Shown here: piece after piece, positions 11,128 to 23,370 of the stretch | Layout of the letters: each line of letters begins with the position of its first letter | How positions within the stretch are numbered: the stretch's first letter is position 1 | Source: Toensbergia leucococca | Lineage: Eukaryota | NCBI GenBank assembly: GCA_022813965.1 | Contig: JALDZS010000204.1 | Location: 1-40,766, forward strand | Reading direction: 5' to 3' | Length of the DNA: 40,766 bases | The notes under the pieces: model-generated | The model's input: the letters and a program-made list of their open reading frames with translations, nothing else | Told to the model about the DNA's origin: nothing | Databases searched by the model: none | Position numbers and translations under genes: made by a program

Positions 11128-14100
11128 AATTCAGAGCAGACGTATTGTCGCTCATTAGGAGGACGGTGAGAGAGAGAGAACAAGGAAAGAGATTAAGGGA
11201 GCGAGGGAGCGAGGGAGGAGGGAGCGGGGAGGAGGGAAGAGAGAGCGAGGAATGGGGGGAGTCAGGAAAATGATGAACAGGGACTAATTTCGGCGCTAAG
11301 ATGTTTGTAGACTAAGGTAGAAGAGTTCACCCCTCTCCCCAGAACATAAAACCACTACTCCGTATCCGTATCGGTACATCATTGTACTCATGGTACTCAA
11401 AAAATGACCATCTCAAGTTCAAATCTAATTTTTGAAATTACAATTCAATCAACATCTCAATGGACTAACAGAATAGATTATTCTTATTATCTCATCATAG
11501 AGTATCACTCTATACTCAGTGATGTCAGACAGTAAGACAGTATAACTCATCATTGATTATGTGCTGCAAGGCTTATATAAACACACACTTGAATTAACAG
11601 CAGATATAATCATTATTACAATGATAACACAGATGTTAAAGAATATGCAGAAAATACTATCATACATACTAAGTATACAGATCTACTTTAAAAAAGTCAA
11701 AGATCAGCTCACAACAACTGATTTACTAAAAGTTATCAATGTTGTTACTGACTCAGTTACATTGCTTAAGACATCAATAAAGTGTACTCTCATAAGTGTG
11801 ACAGTAAATAAGACATAAGTTAACACAATTAACTTAAGAACATTTATCTCAGCTTAGACATGTGCGTTAACAATAATGTTATTACTAATCAGAAAAAACA
11901 GAACAGTAGTTATTAAGATAAATAATGCTCTAATTATTTAAATTCTCTAAACAGAGAGCTCTAAAGCAATAGTAAAAAAGATAAACAATAGCATAAGTCA
12001 GAATGTAAGAAAAGAAATAGTTAAGATCATCACTATAAAACAACTTAAGAGTGAAGATGTATCTCTGATAATAAGAGAAAAAGTAAAAGTGAAATGTCTG
12101 TGTAAGCAGACTAACTAAACAAAGGTTCTCAACAATATAGCAGAGATAGTTATATTAACTTTTAAAGTTCTCATATATAGTGTATAAATCACTAAAGTGA
12201 ATATTACTGACATGCAAAAACTAATCACAAAACTTTAATATAACAATGTGTTATCTCTTTTAAAAGTAAACATTAAGTACATAAGATAACTGACTAAATT
12301 AGTGACTATAAAGACAGCATTCTCACTGATAATTAAGTTTATTAAGTTAAAGAATGTAAATTAAGTTATTAAGTATAATTTTATTATTAATTCTAAAATT
12401 TAAATCTGTGAATTATATAATAGAATGTGTTATATAAAGCAATGCTTCTAATATTATATATACAGTCACATTGAAACTCAGTGCTCAGTCACATAATAAT
12501 GTAACTACTGCATCAGTGAACATATTTTATCAGTGTGCATTACACAGAACTTAGCTGTAAGAAAATGTCTCTGTGAGAGTCAACACATAGTATAAAGTAA
12601 CTTATACTCTAATAAAAAAATAGAGTTTCTCAGATTTAAGATTCTTAAAGAATCTTAATTTTCTTTACACTCAGTTTAACTGAATGTTCAAATAGCTTCA
12701 AAAACATCATTTCTTTCTTACATTCTAATCTTCAGTGAAGACATTCTTATCTCACTAAATGCACTAAGAGTTAGGCAGACAAGGTCATTACTGTCACAAA
12801 CTTATCACTTATTGCAAAAGATAAAAGATAATATAGTTATAGACCGAGAGCTCTCAAACAAGTTACAAAATAAAAAGAAAAGACAGTTATCAGATAAAAG
12901 AGTGAGAACATTACTTTAGAAAATTATTAATATAGCTGTAAACTTATTAGTTAAAATAAATACAAGATCAGACTTTATAGATATAATTATCTACATAGAT
13001 AAAACAGTAAACACACAAGTGATCTTAACAACTTAAAGTGTTAATAAGTAATAAAAACAAGCTATTTATCTTACAGTATAATGTTATAAAATCAAAGAAT
13101 GTGATCATAATAACACTGCTTTAAGATAAGAAGACATGAGAGTATAATATACTAACTATACAGAAACTGTGAGAAAACTTTTATTAACACACAACTTATT
13201 AATTAGTCAGTAACTAATTTCATTTAGAATTTAAATTAGTTAAAAAGACTACAGTTTGTCTATTTGTCAACAGAAGAATATCTCTACAAAACTAAACAGT
13301 CACTCACTATTTTACTAATCTCTATACAATTTATCTAACTGTTAGAGATTCTTAAAGAATACACATACATAATATATATAACTTATTACTGAGTGTTAAG
13401 AATCTCTATAAAAGTCTGAGACTGCTGAGCAAGACACTTAAAGATAATTATAATGAACATTAAATAATAATAGATAATCTGAACCTTTGTTACTTACTGT
13501 AATTAAAAGTAGAGTATTATTTTTAATATCTTAAAACTGACAAACTACTAAACATAATAAAGAAGAAACAGCTGCAGCTGCTACTCTCACTTAGTATCTA
13601 AACATATAAAAATAAACAGTTTTCTAAATTTATTATTAATCTATTTATAATTATAGAAGATTTAGTCAATAGACTCATCTTCTGTGAGATGAGATATAAG
13701 ATAAACAATAACTCAGATCACTACTTAATTAAAATAAGAATAGAGTTATAAAATAAAATAAAAGATAACACTGAATAAAGACAATAAAAGAAAATCAATA
13801 AAGAGACATTTGTAAAAACACTTCTAAATTACTTATCACACAGTAAACACCTTGATAATCTTCTTAACAGAGACTCACAGTTAGAGAAAAACAACTCACT
13901 GTTATTATTATTAAAAACAACCCTTATATAAGAAATAATTAATTAAACACTAAAACATCTAATATCAGTGATCTTCACCTTTGTTCTTATAATAAGAGTT
14001 ATTTCTCATGTCAAGATAAGATAAACAGAGAAATGCTAGAAAGCATGCTATAAGACACAGTGACTTAGACACTAATATTAAAGAGAATATACTAAGAAGA

Positions 14101-14233
14101 CATAAAAGCTATATTAGAAAACTAAAAACAGAAAGAAATAATCTATAAAGAAGACTCTGAGGCAGATATACTAAGAGAAGGTGAAGAAAGTAGCTTAAAT
14201 TTCTGAAGAACTATAAAAGCTAATTAAATAAAT

Positions 14234-14463
14234 TGTCAGGAACTGGGCTTAGGCAAGAACAGCACAGCTGTATCAGGGGTTTAGGAACTATGATAAGGCT
14301 TGATCTATGTACTGAGTACTATACAGGACAAAAGACGAAGGAAACAAGACAAGAGGAGAACGAGGTTGAAAGGTTATTTAACCTCAGACGAAAAGGAGCA
14401 CGCTAACGCGTGACTAGGCAGGGTCCAAGGCCTTGGCAGGCCTCTTGGCCTTGCACCATGACA
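14234..14463 (-). mobile_element. Solo LTR (230 bp) nested in LINE ORF2
   Basis: TGTCA...TGACA termini with a perfect 5-bp TSD TAAAT (14229-14233 and 14464-14468). GC content is clearly higher than the surrounding LINE. Strand is tentative. Confidence 0.85.
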
Positions 14464-16747
14464 TAAATTAACAACAGAACTTCAAGATAAGCATTTATCT
14501 TATTGTTAATTAAAGCTAACAATGATCTAATAATAGATATTAGAAATAACACATATTTTCTCAGTCAATTCTTTTTTTTCTTATCTTCTAAGGTAAATCT
14601 TAGTGACTTAACAGAATATAAATGCTCTTTAAAAGTTAGAGTTTTTCTCAACTATTATGCTTGAGATTCAGAGAGCTATTCTAGACACTCTCTCTAAAAA
14701 GACATCTAAAATAGATAAAATCTCAAATCTGATTCTACATCTTATTCTCTTACACATACTTCTAATTGTGCATTAACTATTTAGTGTCTGCATTGCATGT
14801 TATTACTGCTTTAAGCACTTTAAGAAGAGTAGCAGAGTAGTGCTTTATAAGTCAGTCAAAAAGAACTACACACAGATAAAATCATATTAGCTGATAATGC
14901 TACTGAACATCTTAGAAAAAGCACTAAACAAGATAATAGCTAAAAGAGTAAGTTATCTTACTGAACAGTTCAGTCTATTACTCTGAATGCATAGAGATAA
15001 AAGAAAGTAAATATTCACTGAATATATAATTCACTTAGTGATAAAAGAGATTTATAAGACATAAGTCAATAATAAGATAACTAGCATGCTATTACTAAAT
15101 GTGTTAAAGGTATTTAATAATGTGTCTTACCTCTGTCTACTATACAATCTGAGAAAATATTACATTTTAAAGAAGATAATTTAGTGAGTTAAGAGCTTTC
15201 TAAGTAATAGAATAATAGTCATTTAATTAAATGATTACACATTAAAGATGATAAAAGTTAACATAGAAATTTCACAGAGATTATTACTATCACTTATTCT
15301 ATACTTATTTTACAATACAGATCTTTTAGAAATCAGTAAAGACTTAGCATTAATAGTATCAGTAAATAGTTACATCAATAACATCAGCATTATAATAATA
15401 AATGCATTTATAAAAAACATTATTAAAGTTCTTTATTAGACATACTTAAGATTTAAGAACTGAGCTAAAAAGCATGCATTTAAATTTGCATCTACAAAGT
15501 TTAAATTAATACATTTTTTAAGAAAATTCTAAAAGCATGCTCTAAAAGAATTGATTAAACTCAGCTGAGTAAAAGTTAATTTAAAGAAATCATACAGGTT
15601 TTTAAAGATAATTCTAGATTTTAAGCTAAAATAAAAGACACATCTTTAACATATTCAGATCAGAGTTACTAATAGACTAAACACTTTAGTTAGTCTGACT
15701 AACTTCATATAAGAAGTAAACATAAAGAGCTGTTTTAATATTTATTAAGTGATAATAATTTTACAGATTATCTACTGCTGCTTAGTGTGATATACTTTTA
15801 AAGAAAAAAAGAAACATTAAGACACAATACTTTAAATACTTATCTTTATTTAACATTAGATTACTAAAATTATAGAGAGTGCCTTTAGAATGATATTAAT
15901 TTCAGCCCTAAATGTGAAGACTTATCTTCTCTCAATGTGATTAATCTTAGAAAAATACATTAATATCTTATGCTTAAGAATAGCAGCAAGTCTTATAATA
16001 AAGAAGTTAAGATAGACAAGACTTACTATCTTTATAGAAATGCTGTATAATAATAATAGACAAAATTAAAACTGAGATTATATTTAATTAAACATCTCTT
16101 TAAAGATTATAAAAGCATGAATAAAATGACACATTAATATAAGTTTAATTACATTAAAGAAATAACATTCTTATATAATATTACTGTGATAAGAACTCTT
16201 AGACACAAGCATAACTCTAAATAAGAAGTTAGCTAAAAGAAGTTACAACATTATAACAACTCTAAGACTCATTTCTTTAAACTCACTGATAGTTATATAC
16301 ACTGATAAAAGTGATATTAATAGTTATATAAACTCAGCAGTAACAACAATGACAGCAGTAATGCACAGTGCAACATTATATTTAAGTCAGAATTAAGAAG
16401 TTACTGTATACACAGATAAGCTATATAAGATTCTTATAACAATAAGATTAATTAAGAACTACTCAGAAATAAAGAACTAAAGAAAAACACTCAGAATTGT
16501 TATATTCACTGACAATCAAGCTGCAATACTAGTTATTTAAAACTTAAGAAATTAATTAAAACAGAGCATCTTATATAAAATAATAGTCTTATTTAATAAA
16601 CTAAGAAAGAAAGAATTAATAATTAAAATACACTGATTATCAGCTTATATAGAAGTTTTAAATAATGAAATAACTAACATAATAATTAAAAGAATGACAG
16701 AATTAAGAGAGAAAAGTGTTTAAGTAAACACTCAGCAGACTTTAATA

Positions 16748-17178
16748 TATGCTGCACCCTAGAGCAGAAATATCTCTATTAGAGTAGAATAGGGGTAGAG
16801 AATAGAGTAGGCTTAGAGCAGAGAGTAAAGGGTTAAATATTATCTTCTCTATCTCTACTGAATAGAGATAGAGTTAGAGTTCTCTGCTAGAGTCTTAACA
16901 TTGCATAAGCTGTATAAACACTGTATAAGTGTGTATAAAATATAAATAAATATGTATAAAAACTGTATAAGATATATAAATGTATAAGTTAAAGTTCTAT
17001 ACTAGTCTTTATGCTATTTATGTATACTTATGCAGTACTTGTGCACTCTACTAATATAAGAGTAGACTCTACTCTATTCTCTACTAACTCTAGCCCTACT
17101 CTTTTTTAAATCTACTCTATAATAGAGTAGACTGAGAGGGGTTATTTTCTATCCTTATTTACTCTATGTCACAGCATA
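16748..17178. mobile_element. Non-autonomous hAT-type element (MITE, 431 bp) nested in LINE ORF2
   Basis: Perfect 8-bp TSD CTTTAATA (16740-16747 and 17179-17186). Imperfect TIRs TATGCTGcaccctagag / TATGCTGtgacatagag, with TAGAG subterminal repeats on the left mirrored by CTCTA repeats on the right. Confidence 0.82.
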
Positions 17179-17967
17179 CTTTAATACAAGCTATAAACAC
17201 AGTTTTTATAACAGTGATTAGAGTTATTATTTATAAAAAGATAATAACTAAATAAGATAGAGCATGAGAGACTGAGACACATATTTAATTATTATACAAT
17301 CTAACTCTTGAGCTGATAACTAAAGTTCTTAAAACATATAAGAACATTCACTGAGTAACTAACTCATTAATTATATAAATGCAAACTGAAAAGATAAAGC
17401 TTAGAAAGTTTCTATTCAATCAAAGAGTCTTAGATATAGAAGATAAGAAATGTGAATGCAATTTAGACAAGCAGACTGTAAAACACATGCTACTGACTTG
17501 CTCTAGATTTATCAAACTAAGATAAGAGGTATAAGAGGGGTGATTTAAAAGAAGAAGACCTAAAAGAGCTATTGAATTCACCTGATTTAGTAATTTAAGC
17601 GGTCAATTTCATGGCACAAACTCACCTTCTAGGGTAGTTTGAAGGTGTAGCAGTCACAAATAGGCGAACACCCTGGGGGCGACGGCATGACCGGAGTCCC
17701 CTGAATAGTAAATTTGGTGCCGAGGGGTAGTTACCTCTTTAGGCATAGCGTGTAAGATAGGTAGAATCTGCATAGCGACCGTGAGGTTGCTGGGCCAGCA
17801 AATGAAATCATCATCATACTCGTGGTACTCGTACCACCGCCATTGGAATTAAATGCCTCCAGCACGTCCCCCTCAATTGGCCAAACCGCAAACCGCACAC
17901 CGCAATCCTCAAATCCATCACTTCTCTACTCTCTACCTCAGAAGCAACCTTGCTCGCATCAACAGCA

Positions 17968-18577
17968 ATGGCAGCGGTTACCCTTGCCCCTTCCTTTCTT
18001 GGAAAACCAATAGAATTCTGTATTGTATGGCAAACCCATGCCCCACAATCCATCCAGGTCGTTTCAGTCTGGGATAAGACCACGCGCTGATGTGAAATCT
18101 TCCTAGGTAACACAAGATTATAAAGGCACCCTCGCAGGCCTCTCGAAATTAGGCATCGGACCATGGCGAATCTACACATGTGATCCCTCTAATACACGCA
18201 ACCAGACATACCGCGGCCAGTCCAGCGACTTCACCATTCGGTTCTACTACGCTAATATCACCCCCAACGGCATCGTCTACGAAGTCATCCAACCCGTCGC
18301 CGGCCCCTCAATATTTCAAGAGTTTCTCGAACAACACGGTGAGGGGATTCATCACATTGCATACGACTGCAACAACCTTCCTATGGAGGAGCGAGTGCAA
18401 GAATTCAAGAAGCGGGGCTTTGAGCTCGCCCAAGGAGGCAGCTGGATGGGGGACAATCATTTCGGCTTCTTCGAGAGCGAAGAGACTGGGACATGCTTTG
18501 AGACGATTGAATTTGCCGGTGATTGGCAATATCCAGAGCCGGATGAATGGTTTCCACCTAAAGCGGAGGCGATATGA
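17968..18577 (+). CDS. VOC/glyoxalase superfamily protein (methylmalonyl-CoA epimerase-like), 2 exons, 175 aa
   Basis: Exons 17968-18024 and 18107-18577: LGKPIEFCIVT, LGIGPWRIY, YEVIQPVAGPSIFQEFLEQHGEGIHHIAYD, GTCFETIEF. Confidence 0.88.
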
Positions 18578-18680
18578 CAATCTTGAAAGAGATCGGTATC
18601 GACCTCATTCCGTTGAGACCCTACTGTGTTAGACATTGCTAGCAACGGAGAACCCACTACATATACTGACCGATTCGTTA

Positions 18681-19824
18681 TCACACAAAAACAACACCCT
18701 CGGCGTATGTCAATAATTGTTCTAATCCTGAGAATTTCAAGTCTGCAAAATACTTCTGCTGCTGCCTCATCGTCTTCTCTTTGGGGCAGGCCATATACTC
18801 CATGATCATCATCTCCTCGACCTGCGCCAATTCCAGTGCCTCAAAGTCGTCGTCCCCATTCTTTGCATGCATCTTAAGCGAACCCTGGATATCTTCTACA
18901 GGCTTGTGGGTGATCGGCAGTAGCCGACCTGTTACTATCTAGATCAACAAAGCAATGACATTCGAATAGAAAAGTTGGAAGTTACCGTAGTATGATTCCA
19001 TGACTCTGACAGCGGCGTTGAAGGTGCTCCACTCACCAGCTACATAAGTGACGTTCTCCTATGTCAAGGTGTCAGCAATGCGCCAAAGAGAGATTTTGTC
19101 TGCGTCGCTTGTCAAAGTCCCACTCACCCATTCTTCCGCTCTGCACAACTCCACCACTGCTCTCCCTATCTCCCTCCCACAAGTCCAACTCTGCATCTCC
19201 TCCCCTGACCCCCTGATACAGGCCCGCCACCCATTCGGATCTACGGGGAACTTATCAGGTATGGGGCTAATATAAGTTTTCCCTCTCGGCAGAAAGTAAT
19301 CAGCTAGCCAACCTGGATTGAATAGCGTCCACTCGACCTCGTCTTGCCCTCTCAGCATTTTGCGAAATGGATCGCGGGTTGAGGCGTAGTAATCCGGCTT
19401 CAAAGGATATGTCTCGCTGTCGGCGATCCATTCCGAGGGGATCAGGCGCTTGCAGGTATGAGACTTCTGGCAAGCGGCGAGAAGGGAGGCGTGGACCTCT
19501 ATATAAAGGGGGGTTGCGATGTTAATAAATGAAATCGTTGCTCTTGCGTGTGTTGTGTTGAGGATGGACAGCACTGAGGCGCTCGTGTAGTCCGTCATAT
19601 AGACGGGAATCCCGCGCTCTGAGCACCATGCGTGCGTTGACTGGAGACACAAATCGTCAGCATGAGCTGAGAGGGATGACGGCGGTGAGATCGGGGCTCT
19701 TTGGACCCACGACTCGCGAAAGCACGATGACGGAGAAGTCACTTGATGTGAGCAGCTCTTCGCATATGTACTTGCCAAGGTCGCCTACGCCGGCGACGGC
19801 TATGGTTTGGCGAGTACGAGGCAT
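18681..19824 (-). CDS. NmrA/isoflavone-reductase-like NAD(P)H oxidoreductase, SwnR-like putative imine reductase, 4 exons
   Basis: IAVAGVGDLGKYICEEL Rossmann start, then TDYT, VHASLLAACQKSHTCKRLIPSEW, MLRGQDEVEWTLFNPGWLADYFLP, YVAGEWSTFN. These resemble the swainsonine-cluster reductase SwnR as recalled; not aligned computationally. Confidence 0.85.
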
Positions 19825-21098
19825 CGTGGCTCTTGTACAGAATGGTCAAAGCAGATTCATGATGTTTTGGAAGGGAAGAGGCTGAGAACGAGAACGAGAA
19901 CGAGGACGAGAACCGTCTACACCAAGTGGTTACTATTCTTATAAAATCTATCTGAGCCTAGTCTAGAGCGCTCGGGGTACAAAATACGTAGTCCTGCGTA
20001 TATCTTGGTATATCTAGGCATATCATGATGTAGGGCTAACCCGATAGGTTACAAGTATCCATCACCCATCACATATATTCCTTGGAATGGACAGGGACGA
20101 GATCTAGCTGTACGTGCTGCCGGCTACAACCCTGATGCTGTTCCTTGCAGTAGTTAGCAGAGCCTAGAAATCTCGCCCCAGCTGGAAGGGCGTCGGCACG
20201 CTGCGTGGTCGCGGATTCAGCCTTGAGACTTGTCTCGCGATGTCAACGCGGATGAGGTTGAGGCGTGCCATTAGAGCATCGATAACTCAGCAAATCATAC
20301 ACCTCCATGAATGCCGAGGAGTCAAATACATCATGGATACAAGGGATACTGATGTAAGAAGACCACCCGACGCGTACCTACTTGACTCGTACTTAGCCCC
20401 TGAAGCTGACCTTATCAAATTAGTGGATGTGATGTCGTTCTAATTACCGACAGGACACCCTTGGGCTTGAGCCCGTTCTGAGACTGCAAGGGTAGGCAGC
20501 GAGGATGGGAAGATCTGAATGCATACCTCACTCGCCGGAAAGTGTGAAGGTAACAGTGCGTGTGGTGTCGCCTATATTGTCAAGGTAAAGAGCTTGGTTA
20601 GTGAGAGTGAGACAAATACATGGTCTAGGCTACGGGATGTACGGAAACGTCTACTCTTGCAAGACACGGTCGGCCCGTATCAGCTATCTTGATGGTCTGA
20701 TTTGGAGGGAGACCTCTGCAAGCAACGCGAAACAAGTATTCCTTATAAATGCTTGCCGGGCATAATATACAATGGCAGCGACTGAGAGTTTTTCTCTCGG
20801 GGGCAGGGATGTTGTCGAAAGACACTGTCCGTACGGCTTGAGAGGACGGATGCGCGTGTCGGTGTTTGGAATGTGGGTCATGCCCAATACTACATGCTTA
20901 AGGAGCAAACTGCTATCAACTCAAGTGTAAGAGACTTACGGTCGCTGGGACAGTAAAAGAAGTCATCATCATCATCATCCCTTAGAACGATAACATGCGG
21001 TCAATTTATAAAAGAAAGTAAAGCAAAAATCACAATAATCTACCTCAACCCTATCCTTTTCAAGATACCCTTTTCAATGTACCCTTTTCTTCAAAACT

Positions 21099-22275
21099 TC
21101 AAGTCTTATCGCTTGCTCGGAAGAGCTTGATCGGATCGGTTTCATTGCAGTATCCGAGAAAAGGATGATCGATGAGATATCCAGCCTGCTTCTGCGCCGC
21201 AACAGACCATTGCTGCACTTCTTCTCGGGTCCACCACAAATGTTGATTCTCCTAAACGCCAGTCAGCCGAATTAATGACATATCAGTAAGTCAAAGAATC
21301 AAAGAAGAGCCAGGGGACATGCCTCTGGCCGCAAGTATGACCGGCAGAAGAAGAAGCCGTGTACGGTCCTACTATCCTTTGTTGTGTTCGTGCCTCCTGC
21401 ATGCACTGCCGACGCCAGGAACAAGAAGGCTTCTCCCACATCCATTTCAACCGGCTCCGCCTCCTCTGCCTTTGGTAGCCTCGAATCGGCCCACAAATGA
21501 GATCTGGGCACGAACTAAGGTGGTCAATTAGCATATCTAGATTGAGAATCCCCTGATAATGGCACCTCTCTTCGCCCTCGGTGCTTTTTCTGGAAGTAAA
21601 TCAAGGGAGGAAGGAAGGAGGCAAGCAAGCAATCATGCAACCTCACCAAAGTAGCCCCATTTTCCGCCCTCGTCTTCACCCCCGCTACTAGTAGACCGAT
21701 GCCCACGTCTGAGTCTGGCAGGTATCTCTCTTGCTCCGTCTCATGTTTTTTCTGCCAGATAAAATCATCTCGGTGCAATCCCTGCGCCTTCACTCCGGGA
21801 CCGATGTCCAGCGTCGACGCGGCTGAGAGAATGGGATCAGTCGCTAAATTCCCCACGCCATCATCTATCCAGTGGTATGGTTTGGTGATGGTGCGTAGGA
21901 AGTGGTAAAAAATTTCGAGCAAGGGCCTTTGTTGCAGCCAGGTTTCACGGCCAGTGACGCTCAGCCCGAAGAGTCGTGTGCAGCGGGTTGTCTCTGGTGG
22001 AAGGGACTGTGCTGCCCGCTAGATTACCCACATGTCAGTTGTTTGGTTTTCCATGGGATGAGAGGCCATGAGTCCGTGGGGAGGACAGGTAGGGTAGGTG
22101 GTGTGTATTTGTGGATACAAACATTCGCTTTGATGGCTGAGATATATGGCAAGGCGTCTTTGTTCACTTGCTCTACATCTGCGACGGTGGAAAATCCGGT
22201 AAGAATGACGCCGCCGTCTTCTTCAATTGTTCTGATTGCTGTTTTTACGTCATGCAGAGATACGCGGCGAGCCAT
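21099..22275 (-). CDS. PhyH-family Fe(II)/2OG dioxygenase (SwnH1/H2-like), 4 exons
   Basis: IEEDGGVILTGF, DPILS, AQGLHRDD (HxD), ENGATLFVPRSHLW, VHAGGTN, FCRSYLRPEENQHL. Stop at 21099-21101; the last intron is GC-AG. Confidence 0.9.
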
Positions 22276-22611
22276 GATTCTATAGTAAGCTTTCCTTGAC
22301 TTTGTTTCGTCTTTGGGAAGAGTTTGGGCTGGGAATCATTGATTTGTTCTGGGGTGCTAGAAATTTTCAGACTCTGGATCAAGAGGCTGCGACGGCGCAG
22401 CTCTAGAGGTCGCTAGGCTTTTTGTGGCAGCTGCTCTCAATGATTGATGCTTCGATAGAGAGGTATCTTTTACTTGAATACGGCTTGGAAATCAAAAGCA
22501 TCGAAGTCTGTGGGCCAGAATCGCCAAGCTTTACCCAAAAGACTATATGGGAGCTTCAAGTATTACTCAATCACACCGATCTATCATTTCTAGGGTCTAC
22601 ATCTTGATGTT

Positions 22612-23370
22612 CTACAGCTTCAAGCCGGCATCATCGTCCCAATAGTAGTGAGCAGGGTCAGGATTAGGAGTTGGGTGCGTATGATTGGGCACCCTAGTCA
22701 CCCATATCTGACTTTCAACCCGCATGGTTTCGACTTCTGGTGCTGCGCAGTGAAGGAAAGACTGGATGGCAATGCGAGGGTTATAACAGTCCTCTACATA
22801 GCCCTTCCACGTGAAATCGTCAAAAACCATCTTCCCGTGCATACCCAGCATTCGCCAGCTCATAACGGCATCGTGCAGTACATCCATGGCGACGTGTGAA
22901 GCATCAATGTACACGAAGTCGAACTGGGCCTGTTTCCCTCTTAGCTTCACTAGGGCGTCGTCGCTCCTGGCTTTCATAACCTCCAACTTTCCCACATGCT
23001 CACATTTGGCTACGTTGGCGCGGAAACGACTCTCTAGCGATGCGATATCGTACTCGTTGGCTTTATCGCCTTCTTGATGCTCCATCCCACCTTCGAAGGT
23101 ATCGATACTCGTCAGCGTTGACTCCTGGTGGCTCATGAGGTTGTCTAGTATCCATGTCGTTGACGCGCCTTCGAAGCAGCCGATCTCCAACACCTGCAAC
23201 TTCTTGCCACGCAGAGGTTGGGTGAGGCGCTCCCAGTCTGCGCGGATTACTTCGTCGAACCAATAGTGCTGGAAGGTGAACCTTTCGCGCTCAGAGTCCA
23301 TGAACGAAAGGCCTTTTTCTGTCGTGGCCGGCACTGGGGCTTGGTCGAGTGAGTTGGGGTTGACGTCCAT
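22612..23370 (-). CDS. Class I SAM-dependent methyltransferase (Methyltransf_24-like), intronless, 252 aa
   Basis: Motif I VLEIGCFEGAST, then SIDTFEG, FDFVYIDASH, VLHDAVMSWRML, MVFDDF. Confidence 0.88.
   Translation of the reverse strand: MDVNPNSLDQAPVPATTEKGLSFMDSERERFTFQHYWFDEVIRADWERLTQPLRGKKLQVLEIGCFEGASTTWILDNLMSHQESTLTSIDTFEGGMEHQEGDKANEYDIASLESRFRANVAKCEHVGKLEVMKARSDDALVKLRGKQAQFDFVYIDASHVAMDVLHDAVMSWRMLGMHGKMVFDDFTWKGYVEDCYNPRIAIQSFLHCAAPEVETMRVESQIWVTRVPNHTHPTPNPDPAHYYWDDDAGLKL

Larger units (their letters stand above)
11399..17816 (+). mobile_element. Full-length RIP-inactivated Tad1-like LINE (ORF1 gag-like; ORF2 endonuclease-RT-RNase H)
   Basis: De-RIPped motifs: CCHC knuckles at about 12437-12540 (KQCF*YYIYSHIETQC from CFQCY..GHIGTQC), endonuclease ILQYNV/AIQEPW at about 13065-13170, RT ISQRLLLSLILYLFYNTDLL..YINNI (PQGSPLSPILYLFYNADLL..YVDD) at 15265-15385, RNase H VIYTD/IFTDNQAA at 16293-16530. 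(TCA)3 tail, and 14-bp TSD TACTC(A/G)TGGTACTC at 11385-11398 and 17817-17830. Confidence 0.92.

Noticed and set aside
11561..15439. Short ORFs at 11561-11818 and 15248-15439
   Set aside because: These are RIP-mutated fragments of LINE ORF1 and ORF2, not host genes.
16770..17130. Short interspersed repeats that might suggest a CRISPR-like array
   Set aside because: Eukaryotic context, irregular 5-7 bp repeats without unique spacers, and fully explained as MITE subterminal repeats.
19900..21000. Small ORFs between the NmrA and PhyH genes
   Set aside because: All under 80 aa, with no motifs and no convincing splice structure. Treated as promoter or intergenic.
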